Shown: piece after piece, positions 56,401 to 64,000 of the stretch
How positions within the stretch are numbered: the stretch's first letter is position 1
Layout of the letters: each line of letters begins with the position of its first letter
DNA from: an uncultured Spirochaetota bacterium
GTDB taxonomy: Bacteria; Spirochaetota; Spirochaetia; SZUA-6; Fen-1364
Assembly: GCA_963820525.1 (NCBI GenBank)
Contig: CAWGAA010000002.1
Location: 288,001-352,000 of the forward strand
Reading direction: 5' to 3'
DNA length: 64,000 nt
The notes under the pieces: model-generated
What the model saw: only the letters and a program-made list of their open reading frames with translations
What the model was told of the DNA's origin: nothing
Database searches by the model: none
Made by a program: the position numbers and the translations under genes

Positions 56401-56853
56401 ACGCGCGTGGGCCGTCCCATGGCCTTCGCCCGCCTGGAGGATCTTCGGGGATCTATAGAGGTCATCTTTTTTTCCGATGTATACGAAAAGAGGCAGCCGC
56501 TGATCCAAAGCGAGAAGATCGTGGCGGTTACCGGCAAGATCGATACGAGCAAGGGGGAAGCGAAAGTGAAGGCAGACGACGTCATGGAGCCGGGGGCCCT
56601 GGGAGAAAAGCAGGCCCGCGCCATCCATATCAAGCTGAGGGATGACGTGGGAAGCGAGGCGAGCCTCCACGAGATGCGGGAGTATTTCCTGGACAACACG
56701 GGCGGGTGCAAGCTGTATTTCCATCTCGACGGCACCCAGGGCGGGACGGAAACGGTTGTCGCCGCCTCCGCCCACATCCAGGTCTCGGATTCCGAGGCGG
56801 TGATCGCCCGGATCCGCGAATTTCAACAAGTTGCCGAAGTCTGGAAAGAGTGA
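53437..56853 (+). CDS. dnaE: DNA polymerase III alpha subunit
   Basis: HLHCHSDFSLLDG, GPGRGSGAGS, PDFDIDF, KMDFLGL, FNKSH, OB fold. Confidence 0.97.
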   Translation: MSFVHLHCHSDFSLLDGASSVEALVSKAKSLGMPKLALTDHGNMFGALKFTKECRKQGISPIIGSEFYVAPGSRHEKSGSEKGTRYHHLVLLARDLQGYKNLLTLSSLSYTEGFYYKPRIDDELLERFHGGLIALSACLAGEIPSAIVDGRLEEARAKAGKYSELFGADSFFLELQDHGIPEQKIVNRELIRFSRQTGIPLVATNDIHYTERDDARAQDILICIGTNKKVSEGKRLKFEHPEFYFKSPDEMALLFPEVPEALSNTMRIAEACSLELPSLKPQFPVYEVPAGSTPEGYLGELARAGLKERFNPVAPEEEKRLEYELSIITSMGFTGYFLIVWDFIRFAKENGIAVGPGRGSGAGSLVAYCLKITDIDPLRYGLLFERFLNPERVSMPDFDIDFCHRRRDEVISYVTKKYGEDKVGQVITFGTLKARAVIRDVARVLDFPYEEADAIAKLIPEGIKMDLAQALKESPKLEEIAGKGERNRELIETSLKLEGLHRHASTHAAGIVIGRQALSEYVPLYRDPRTGAVSTQYTMDYLEECGLIKMDFLGLKTLTVIEDTIALVRKKGVPIELKRIPENDPATFRMFCEGKSTGAFQFESSGMQGVLKRAKPGKIEDLIALNALYRPGAMEHIDSFVDSKLGRKKIEYPLPALEPVLKETYGVPVYQEQVMQIAQVVAGFTLGQADILRRAMGKKKPEEMLKMKEKFFAGAKNKGYDSKTADRIFELLFSFTGYGFNKSHSAAYAIPAYHTIYLKANHPAEFLAANLTNDITDTDRIAELIREARGMGIEVLPPDVNLSRKEFTVEGGKIVYGLMGIKNVGSAAVDSVIEERDKGGRFTGFLDFFERIDLRVVNKKVAESLIITGAFDSFGETRATLMANLARVLETASRSREEKRVGQASLFGPSAAAAAAAVELERVPEWAPAEKLVHEKENLGFFFSGHPLDPFATLMAQHVNADLSRKDALSADRPCTLIGMLHEVREIRTRVGRPMAFARLEDLRGSIEVIFFSDVYEKRQPLIQSEKIVAVTGKIDTSKGEAKVKADDVMEPGALGEKQARAIHIKLRDDVGSEASLHEMREYFLDNTGGCKLYFHLDGTQGGTETVVAASAHIQVSDSEAVIARIREFQQVAEVWKE

Positions 56854-56862
56854 GGAAGCCGC

Positions 56863-57528
56863 ATGATCGACCTGCACACCCATACATTCCTGAGCGACGG
56901 CGAGCTGGCCCCCGCCGAGCTCGTGCGCCGGGCCGAGCATGCCGGCTACAGGGTAATCGGCATCGCGGACCATGCCGATGCCTCCAACCTCGATGACCTG
57001 GTCTCCGCGCTTGTGCGGTTCGTGCGCGAGACCCAGCCCTACCTTAAGGTCCGCATCATCCCCGGCGTGGAGCTGACCCATATCCCCCCCGGACAGATCG
57101 GCGGGCTGGTCAAGCGGGCCCGCCAGCTCGGGGCGCGCCTGGTGATCCTCCATGGGGAGACCGTGTGCGAGCCGGTGCAGCTCGGCACCAACCGCGCGGG
57201 CATCGAGGCCGGCGTCGACATCATCGCCCATCCCGGCATCATCTCCGAGGAGGAGGTGCGCATGGCGGCGGAGAAGGGCGTGCATCTTGAAATCTCGGCG
57301 CGCTTCTCCCATGGGCTGGGAAACGGGCGCGTGGTCTCCCTGGCCCGCGAAACGGGCGCCTCCCTGGTCATCGACTCGGACGCGCACGGGATAGGAGACC
57401 TCCTCACGCCGGAGTGGCGGGAGCGAGTGGCCTTCGGCGCGGGTCTCACTCCCGAGGAGCTCGAGAGGATCAACAAGACAATGATGTCCTTGGTCGAGAG
57501 GCTGGTCCCTTCAACATTCCTGACATAG
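56863..57528 (+). CDS. Stand-alone PHP-domain phosphoesterase (histidinol-phosphatase-like)
   Basis: DLHTHTFLSDG, IADH, GVELTH, LHGET, AHPG, DSDAH. Confidence 0.85.
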   Translation: MIDLHTHTFLSDGELAPAELVRRAEHAGYRVIGIADHADASNLDDLVSALVRFVRETQPYLKVRIIPGVELTHIPPGQIGGLVKRARQLGARLVILHGETVCEPVQLGTNRAGIEAGVDIIAHPGIISEEEVRMAAEKGVHLEISARFSHGLGNGRVVSLARETGASLVIDSDAHGIGDLLTPEWRERVAFGAGLTPEELERINKTMMSLVERLVPSTFLT

Positions 57529-57537
57529 GAGGCCGTC

Positions 57538-58128
57538 GTGCTTTTAGTCGTCTTGAGCATCGTCAACTCCATCCTCCTCGTCTACCTCTTCCTCCTTTCC
57601 ATCCGCATCGTGCTGGGATGGTTTGCCCGTCAAGGGCTGGGCAGGCCCTGGGAGCTTCTCTGCAGGGCAACCGATCCCTACCTTGACTTCTTCGCCAGGC
57701 TCAGGTTCCTCAGGAAGGGGTTCTTCGACTTCACCCCCATCGCCGCGATTCTCGTGCTCGTCGTGGCCCTGGACCTCATCAATGTGCTCCTCTCCTACGG
57801 CCGCATCACCCTGGGGCTCTTCCTCGCCGCGGTCCTCGGGGCCGCATGGTCCGGCGCGAGGTTCCTCCTTTTGCTTTTCCTGGTGGTGGGCCTCATCCGC
57901 ACCATCCCCATCATCTTTCACGCCACGTCGGGTGCCATGATCTGGCGGGTGGTGGACCTCATCGTCCAGCCCGTGGTTGCCGTTGTGATGAAGGCCTTCC
58001 GGCTGGGACGGCGAGCGGGCTTCACCCAGTACCTGCTCCTCACCCTGGGCCTCCTCTTCGTTACATGGCTCCTCGGGGAGCTTGCCGTGCGGCAGCTGGT
58101 GCAGGTGTTCCAGTTCCTGCCCATCTGA
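57538..58128 (+). CDS. YggT-family membrane protein
   Basis: RIVLGWF...TDPYL...DFTPI motif, repeated; GGAGG SD before GTG. Confidence 0.8.
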   Translation: MLLVVLSIVNSILLVYLFLLSIRIVLGWFARQGLGRPWELLCRATDPYLDFFARLRFLRKGFFDFTPIAAILVLVVALDLINVLLSYGRITLGLFLAAVLGAAWSGARFLLLLFLVVGLIRTIPIIFHATSGAMIWRVVDLIVQPVVAVVMKAFRLGRRAGFTQYLLLTLGLLFVTWLLGELAVRQLVQVFQFLPI

Positions 58129-58144
58129 CACGCCTTCACTTCTC

Positions 58145-60211
58145 ATGTTCCTCGGCGAGTCGAGCCAGGATATAACGACTCTCAAAGGTGTCGGGCCGGC
58201 CACGGCGGAGCGCCTGGCACGGCTCGGCGTGCGCACGACGCGCGACCTTCTCCTGCACCTGCCGCGGGGATACGAGGACAGAACGGAGATCACGCCCCTC
58301 TCCCGCGCGCTGGAGAAGGAGAAGGCCTTCGTGGAGGCCGCCGTCGTTTCCCAATCCGAGCTGGGCCGGGGGCGGATGAAGACGGTGAAGGCCGTGGTTA
58401 CCGATGGAACGGCCACGGCGAGCCTGGTCTGTTTCGGCAGGCCGTTTCTCAAGAATCTCCTCAAACCGGGGAGGAAGTTCTTCGTCTGGGGGAGCTTCAA
58501 ATACCGTTTCGGAGAACTGCAGTCCACCGATTTCGAGGTGGAAGAGTGGAACGACAAGCCCGCTGCGTTCGGAAGAATCCTTCCCCTGTATCCGCTTACC
58601 GAGGGGCTGACGCAGGGGGTGGTGCGCCGGGCGGTGCGCCAGGCGCTGCGCGAGGTGGAGGTCAGTCTCAATGACGATCTTCCCGCCTCTGTTCTGAAGA
58701 AGCGCGGCCTGCCCGGCACCTGGACCGCGCTCAAGGCCGTCCATTCCCCCGAGAGTCTCGATGAAGCGGCGCGCGGCCTTCGGGCCCTCGCGTACGGGGA
58801 GCTGTTCTGGTTCCAGCTCCTGGTGATGCGAAAGCGCCGCCTGCGGTCGGTGTCGCGCGCCTGCCTCCGGGAGCCTTCCGGCGAGCTTCGCGACAGGCTG
58901 CTCGCACGGCTCCCCTTCACGCTCACGGAAGATCAGCGAAAGGCCGTTTCCCAGATCGAAGCGGACCTTGCGTCTCCCGCCCCCATGGCGCGGCTCCTCC
59001 AGGGAGACGTCGGTTGCGGGAAAACGCTCGTGGCCCTTCTTTCGGCGCTCATGATCGTTCCCTGCGGCGAGCAGGCGGCTTTCGTCGCCCCTACGGAGCT
59101 TCTGGCGCGGCAGCACGCGGAAAACGCGGCGCGCCTCCTGGAGCCGATCGGCGTCAGGGTGGCATTCCTCTCGGGAAGCGTGACGGGGGAGCCGCGCCGG
59201 CTCCTGCTCGCCGCTCTGGCGGCGGGGGAAGTCGACATCCTCTTCGGGACCCACGCCTTGTTCTCCGGAGATGTGGTCTTTCACGGGCTCGGGCTGGTCA
59301 TCGTGGACGAGCAGCACAAGTTCGGCGTGCTTCAACGCGGCGCAATTCTTTCCAAGGGACGGGACCCGGACCTGCTCCTCATGACGGCCACCCCCATACC
59401 CCGGACCCTCGCCCTCACGGCATTCGGAGATCTCGATACTTCGGTCATCACAATGATGCCCGCGGGGAGGAAGCGGATCATCACGCACCTGGCGCGCGAG
59501 GGAAACGAGGAGAAGGTCTACCGCCGCGTCAGGGAAGAGATCGAGGGGGGAAGGCAGGCATACTTCGTCTATCCCCTGATAGAAGAGTCCGAAGTATTGG
59601 CCATCAAGGACGCAGAGTCGTCGTACAGGACGCTGAAGGAGAAGGTCTATCCGGACCTGCGCCTGGCCCTCATCCACTCCAGGGTTTCCGAGGATGAGAA
59701 ACTGCGCGCCATGGCCGAGTTCGTGGCGGGACGGGTCGATATCCTGGTGGCCACCAGCGTCGTGGAAGTCGGCGTGGATGTCGCCAATGCAACCTGCATC
59801 GTGGTCGAGCACGCCGAGCGCTTCGGCCTGTCCACCCTCCACCAGCTGCGGGGGCGGGTGGGCCGCGCCGGACATCAATCCTACGCGTTTCTCGTGTACG
59901 GCCGCGCCCTGACGCCGGACGGCATCCAAAGGCTGAAGATCATGATGGAGACCACCGACGGTTTTGTAATCGCGGAGCGGGACCTCCAGCTCCGCGGGCC
60001 GGGGGAGCTTCTGGGCGTTCGGCAGAGCGGGTTCCTCGGCTTCAAGGTGGCGGACCTGCTCGCCCACGGCCCGCTTGTATCCGAATCCAGGGAGGATGCC
60101 GCGAAAATCCTGAAAGAGGACCCGGGATTCATCGCGCCCGAGAATTCTGTGCTCGCGCGGGTGCTCGCCGTCTCTCCACCATTCTCCGACGCTGCCTTGG
60201 AAGGGGGCTAG
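58145..60211 (+). CDS. recG: ATP-dependent DNA helicase RecG
   Basis: LQGDVGCGKT, DEQHKFG, MTATPIPRTL, HQLRGRVGR, DLQLRGPGE. Confidence 0.96.
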   Translation: MFLGESSQDITTLKGVGPATAERLARLGVRTTRDLLLHLPRGYEDRTEITPLSRALEKEKAFVEAAVVSQSELGRGRMKTVKAVVTDGTATASLVCFGRPFLKNLLKPGRKFFVWGSFKYRFGELQSTDFEVEEWNDKPAAFGRILPLYPLTEGLTQGVVRRAVRQALREVEVSLNDDLPASVLKKRGLPGTWTALKAVHSPESLDEAARGLRALAYGELFWFQLLVMRKRRLRSVSRACLREPSGELRDRLLARLPFTLTEDQRKAVSQIEADLASPAPMARLLQGDVGCGKTLVALLSALMIVPCGEQAAFVAPTELLARQHAENAARLLEPIGVRVAFLSGSVTGEPRRLLLAALAAGEVDILFGTHALFSGDVVFHGLGLVIVDEQHKFGVLQRGAILSKGRDPDLLLMTATPIPRTLALTAFGDLDTSVITMMPAGRKRIITHLAREGNEEKVYRRVREEIEGGRQAYFVYPLIEESEVLAIKDAESSYRTLKEKVYPDLRLALIHSRVSEDEKLRAMAEFVAGRVDILVATSVVEVGVDVANATCIVVEHAERFGLSTLHQLRGRVGRAGHQSYAFLVYGRALTPDGIQRLKIMMETTDGFVIAERDLQLRGPGELLGVRQSGFLGFKVADLLAHGPLVSESREDAAKILKEDPGFIAPENSVLARVLAVSPPFSDAALEGG

Positions 60212-60213
60212 AG

Positions 60214-60750
60214 GTGCGCGTCACGGGAGGGTTTTACAGAGGCAGGCGGATCGACTGCCCGCCCGGAGTAATCCGGCCGTCCATGGACAGGATGCGGGTT
60301 TCGCTTTTTTCGATTCTTGGCGACCTCTCGGGTCTTTCGTTTCTGGACCTTTTCAGCGGTACCGGCGTCATCGGTGTGGAGGCGGCATCCCGGGGAGCCG
60401 AGCCCGTGGTGCTTGTCGAGATGGATGCTAGAAAAAGAAAGACGATTCAGAAGAACATCTCCTTTGTAGAGTCCAGAATCGAGCTTCTCACCATGCCGGT
60501 GGAGCGGTTTCTTCGTTCCAACTCGTGCACGTTCGACATCATCTTTCTCGATCCTCCGTTTGATTCTCCCGGAAAGGCGCAGGTGCTGGACCAGGTGGGG
60601 GAGGGCAGCCACCTCGCCGTCGGGGGGCTTGCCATCATCCACCTGCATCGCGCGGAGAAGCTCGGTCTCGAGCGGCCCGCCTTCACCCTTAACGACAGGC
60701 GGGAGTACGGGCAGTCTCTGGTGCTGTTTTTCAGGAAGAGGAGAGTGTAG
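60214..60750 (+). CDS. rsmD: 16S rRNA m2G966 methyltransferase
   Basis: RVTGG..RGR, IRPSMDRMR, DLFSGTG, FLDPPF. Confidence 0.92.
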   Translation: MRVTGGFYRGRRIDCPPGVIRPSMDRMRVSLFSILGDLSGLSFLDLFSGTGVIGVEAASRGAEPVVLVEMDARKRKTIQKNISFVESRIELLTMPVERFLRSNSCTFDIIFLDPPFDSPGKAQVLDQVGEGSHLAVGGLAIIHLHRAEKLGLERPAFTLNDRREYGQSLVLFFRKRRV

Positions 60751-60754
60751 AATG

Positions 60755-60840
60755 GAAGGGCCGCCGTTCAGCGGCCCTTCGGCATGAAATACTGTGTCAG
60801 CACCCTGCTAGGCAAACGGGCCCGTCGTTTCGGCGGGCCC
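60755..60840. terminator. Two GC-rich hairpins between convergent rsmD and the sugar ABC operon
   Basis: GAAGGGCCGC-N6-GCGGCCCTTC (60755-60780) and GGGCCCGTCG-ttt-CGGCGGGCCC (60818-60840). Confidence 0.6.
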
Positions 60841-60887
60841 CTGCCTTGACATTGTCCAAGCGTTGTTAAGCCTAGCCGCCTTTGCGC

Positions 60888-61970
60888 TCAATCGTAGAGC
60901 AGCCGCGCGATGTCGGGCTGATCCATGTTGGTGGAGTCGTAGAACTTGGCACCGGTGTCCACGTCCGCCACAGGCTGCTTCTTGATGGCCTTGACGGCAA
61001 GTTCGACCGCCTGGAAACCGATATTGTATGGATCCTGCGTGATCGCGCCGAAGAAGTACTTGTTCCGGACGGCCGCCTTCTGGGCCTTGCCGGCATCGAA
61101 TCCGATGACCACCATGCCGGGATACTGGGTGGGCAGTGCGCTGCCGTCGTTGGTGGCGGAAAGAACCGCTCTTGCCGTCCCCTCGTTCGAGCAGAAAATG
61201 CCGAGGGTGTTGTTCGACTTGACGCGGTTCAGGATCGCGGCGGCCGTGTTCGTGGCGTCGGTGTCTTTTGGCGACGCCGGGACCTGAACGTCGATGATGA
61301 TGGTTTTTCCACCGGTCGGGCTGTCAGGGGCGATGTAGGCCGGGTTGCCCTGAACCCTGATGTCGGCCTTGGTGTGGCTCGTCTCGGTGGTGATGAGCTT
61401 GATCATCTCGTCACGGAACCCTTTTCCGCGATCCGTCACTGATTGGCTGGTTGCGTCCTGATTGAAGTCGACGATCGTGACCGGGTGCGCGTTGGTGGCG
61501 GCGGCAATCTTGTCCTTGATCGCGGCGAACATGTGGTCCGCTGCAATTCCCGCCGCGGCATAGCTGTTGGTGGCCGCGGTCGCATAGATTGCGCCTTTTG
61601 GCGCATTTGGAACTCCGGAGTCGAACCCTATAATGGGTATTTTTCTCTGAATGGCCTGGTTGAGCTGATCCATGACGGAGTTCGTGTCGAGCGCTGCAAG
61701 GGCGATGGCAGCGGGATTCTTCGCCATGTCGTTGACCAGCATCTGCACCTGGGGCTGGATGTCGGCTTCCGTGGGGGGCCCTTCAAAGGTGATGTCGACG
61801 CCGTACTGCTTTGCCGCAGCTTCTGCGCCCGCCTTGACCGTCTGCCAGAACTGGTGCTGGAAGCCCTTCGAGATGACGGGAATGTAGGTCTTCGCCGGTT
61901 TGCATCCCACCAGGGCGACGAGGATCACTGCCGCTACCAGCAGTACCCCGTTTCGTCTGAAAAATCTCAT
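60888..61970 (-). CDS. Sugar ABC transporter substrate-binding lipoprotein (RbsB-like)
   Basis: Lipobox LVGC, SKGFQHQFW, GFDSG, GFDAG, TQDPYNIG; GGAGG SD before ATG 61970. Confidence 0.9.
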   Translation of the reverse strand: MRFFRRNGVLLVAAVILVALVGCKPAKTYIPVISKGFQHQFWQTVKAGAEAAAKQYGVDITFEGPPTEADIQPQVQMLVNDMAKNPAAIALAALDTNSVMDQLNQAIQRKIPIIGFDSGVPNAPKGAIYATAATNSYAAAGIAADHMFAAIKDKIAAATNAHPVTIVDFNQDATSQSVTDRGKGFRDEMIKLITTETSHTKADIRVQGNPAYIAPDSPTGGKTIIIDVQVPASPKDTDATNTAAAILNRVKSNNTLGIFCSNEGTARAVLSATNDGSALPTQYPGMVVIGFDAGKAQKAAVRNKYFFGAITQDPYNIGFQAVELAVKAIKKQPVADVDTGAKFYDSTNMDQPDIARLLYD

Positions 61971-62061
61971 AGGCACCTCCTCTAGTTTTTTTGCCCGGAA
62001 CATTCGCTCCGGGCAGATTGCCACGACCAGGAGCCCAGCAGTTGTAGCACCACACGCCGCG

Positions 62062-63357
62062 CTACGGCTGCCGCTCCATTTCTTTTCGTTGTGAAAGCTC
62101 CTTGTGCTTGAATATCTCCGCAAACTCGTGATCGGCCGCCCTCTCTTCAGCTCGGATTCGGGCCTGCTCCGCCTTCTCTTCCGCTTTCATCTTCTTGAAG
62201 GTAGTTTTCAGCTCGCTTCGAGCTGCGCTGATCTGCCCCCTGATCGCCGCGGCCTGCTGGCCATTGCTGGCCGCCCTGCTCGAGGCCAATTCCCGCCTCA
62301 TGGCTGCGATCTTTTCCATCACCGATGCCTTGTAAAGGTCTGCAGGTGTTTCAATCCGTACTTCCGCCGCCTTTCTGGTGCGGTACATGTCCAGAAGCAC
62401 CGCCCCAATGACGATGACGCCGGTAAAGAATGTCTGCCAATGGGCCTCGAGGTTCAGGGACGGCAGGCCGGTGGCCAGCACCGACATGATGAACACGCCG
62501 ATGATGGTTCCCCAGATCGTGCCGACGCCTCCCGAAAGCGACGTACCGCCGATGACTGCTGCAGCGATCGCGCCCAGCTCGAACCCCTGCCCCTGGGCGG
62601 GGAGTACGGTGGTGTAGATCGCAGCGTAGGAGATTCCCCCGATGCCCGCGGTGGCTCCTGCGATGACGTAGACCAGCATCTGCCACTTCTTCACATCGAC
62701 GCCCGAGAGACGGGCGGCCTCCAAGTTGCTGCCTATAGCATAGGTGTATCGGCCCAGCTTCGTGTTGGACAGCATGAGGTGGCAGATCACGGCCACGGCG
62801 GCGAGCAGGAATGCACCGGTGGGTATCGCTACGCCGTTGGCGCCGAGGTAGAGGAAGATGCTTTTGAACCATCCCCCCGGCGTGCCGCGGATGGGGAAGG
62901 TGGCGCTCTGCACGTTGGAAACAATGGAGCCGACGCCCATGGAGATCATCATTGTGCCCAGCGTCACGATGAACGGCGGCATCTTCAGCCTGGAGACCAG
63001 GAGGCCGTTGAAGTACCCAAAGGCGAGGCCCACGACGATGATCAGGAGAAGGCTGGGAACCATCGGAAATCCATTCTTGAGCGCGGTGCCGCCGATGATG
63101 GCCGCTGCCATCATGACCGTCCCGACGGAAAGGTCGATTCCGCCGCTGATGATGACAAAGGTGACGCCCATCGAGATGAACCCGATGTAGAAGGCGGCGT
63201 CGATGATGTTCACCAGGGTTGGGTAGGAGAAGTAGTTGCGCCCGAATATCCCGAAAAAAACGTAGAGAATGACCAGGGCCCCAGGGGCAAGAAGCCACTT
63301 GAGCCCTCGCTCCCTGAACCGCTGCATTCGATTGATCTCAAGTGTCCTATCCCCCAT
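62062..63357 (-). CDS. Sugar ABC transporter permease (RbsC-like) with C-terminal charged extension of about 95 aa
   Basis: GGIDLSVG, PPFIVTLG, GSNLEAARLSG, IGGTSLSGG. Confidence 0.9.
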   Translation of the reverse strand: MGDRTLEINRMQRFRERGLKWLLAPGALVILYVFFGIFGRNYFSYPTLVNIIDAAFYIGFISMGVTFVIISGGIDLSVGTVMMAAAIIGGTALKNGFPMVPSLLLIIVVGLAFGYFNGLLVSRLKMPPFIVTLGTMMISMGVGSIVSNVQSATFPIRGTPGGWFKSIFLYLGANGVAIPTGAFLLAAVAVICHLMLSNTKLGRYTYAIGSNLEAARLSGVDVKKWQMLVYVIAGATAGIGGISYAAIYTTVLPAQGQGFELGAIAAAVIGGTSLSGGVGTIWGTIIGVFIMSVLATGLPSLNLEAHWQTFFTGVIVIGAVLLDMYRTRKAAEVRIETPADLYKASVMEKIAAMRRELASSRAASNGQQAAAIRGQISAARSELKTTFKKMKAEEKAEQARIRAEERAADHEFAEIFKHKELSQRKEMERQP

Positions 63358-63360
63358 ACT

Positions 63361-64000
63361 TCAGCTCCTACTCAGCACTTCCTGGCGCCCCATGGTTGCG
63401 TACTCCATGATGGCTTCCTGGCTGGCCTCTTCGATGTTGAGCTCCCCCGTGATCCTTCCCTCGGACATCACGAGGATACGATCGCTCATGCGAAGGATCT
63501 CGGGAAGTTCCGATGAAATCATGATGATGGACTTCCCCTCTCGAGTCAGCGCGTTCATCAGCGTATAGATTTCGCTTTTTGCGCCCACGTCGATTCCGCG
63601 GGTTGGCTCATCAAAAATCAGGATATCGCAGTTGCGGATCAGCCACTTCGCGATCACGACCTTCTGCTGGTTGCCTCCGGAAAGGTTTCGCAGCAGCTGT
63701 TCCAGCGAGGGCGTCTTGATGTTCAGCCTGCGAACGTATTCTGACGTAACGTTTTCCACCTTTTTTGCGTGAATGAAGAGGCCGCGCTGGAAGCGGTCGT
63801 AGGTGGCCATTGCCAGATTGTCTTTCACGCTGAGATCGACCGCCAGCCCGAAGCGCTTGCGGTCTTCCGACAGGTACCCGATGCCATGCGCGACGGAATC
63901 TTGCGGTAAATGAATAAAAACACGACGTCCGCGGATCTCTATCGTACCGCTTTGAACCTCATCCGCGCCAAATATCGCCCGCGCCGTCTCCGTTCTGCCG
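63361..64000 (-). CDS. Sugar ABC transporter ATP-binding protein (RbsA/MglA-like), C-terminal part; runs off window end
   Basis: [37 protein letters not shown]. Confidence 0.92.
   Translation of the reverse strand, partial: GRTETARAIFGADEVQSGTIEIRGRRVFIHLPQDSVAHGIGYLSEDRKRFGLAVDLSVKDNLAMATYDRFQRGLFIHAKKVENVTSEYVRRLNIKTPSLEQLLRNLSGGNQQKVVIAKWLIRNCDILIFDEPTRGIDVGAKSEIYTLMNALTREGKSIIMISSELPEILRMSDRILVMSEGRITGELNIEEASQEAIMEYATMGRQEVLSRS

Noticed and set aside
3043..60067. Many long antisense or alternate-frame ORFs in the track (e.g. 3043-4752, 7966-9735, 13137-15260, 22987-24954, 55627-57387, 58136-60067)
   Set aside because: They shadow well-supported genes, carry no recognisable motifs, and are expected in high-GC DNA with few stop codons.

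Overview
GC-rich (roughly 60-65% by eye), gene-dense bacterial chromosomal segment, most likely from a free-living anaerobic spirochaete (Spirochaetia). The assignment rests on a P83/100-family protein, a BMP/PnrA-type ABC system, an RlpA-like/SPOR protein, a LoaP-type NusG paralog and the gene order dnaE-yggT-recG-rsmD. About 50 CDSs are supported. They include clpB (5' part), a GH1 beta-glucosidase, bacillithiol genes bshC-bshB1, a split chromate transporter and a four-gene partner-switching module with no sigma factor. Metabolic genes include mtnA, fadD, tdh-kbl, PFOR and a Thermotoga-like hexuronate route (uxaE, gntE-like, gnd, FGGY kinase). An FMN-riboswitch-led ABC importer has a fused ATPase-permease carrying a +1 frameshift and is followed by a DUF89 phosphatase. 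The rest comprises bioY, a nucleoside ABC transporter, ligA, a loaP-pglF-degT cluster, dnaE, a PHP protein, recG, rsmD and a lower-GC sugar ABC transporter. No tRNA, rRNA, CRISPR array, transposase or prophage was seen. The best leads are: (1) a compact, possibly pseudoknotted RNA element directly upstream of loaP; (2) an FMN riboswitch with substitutions at normally conserved pocket positions; (3) pervasive leaderless gene starts; (4) bacillithiol biosynthesis in a spirochaete; (5) a secreted DUF2271-like protein with a flavinylation motif next to PFOR. All calls come from motif recognition by eye; no searches were run.
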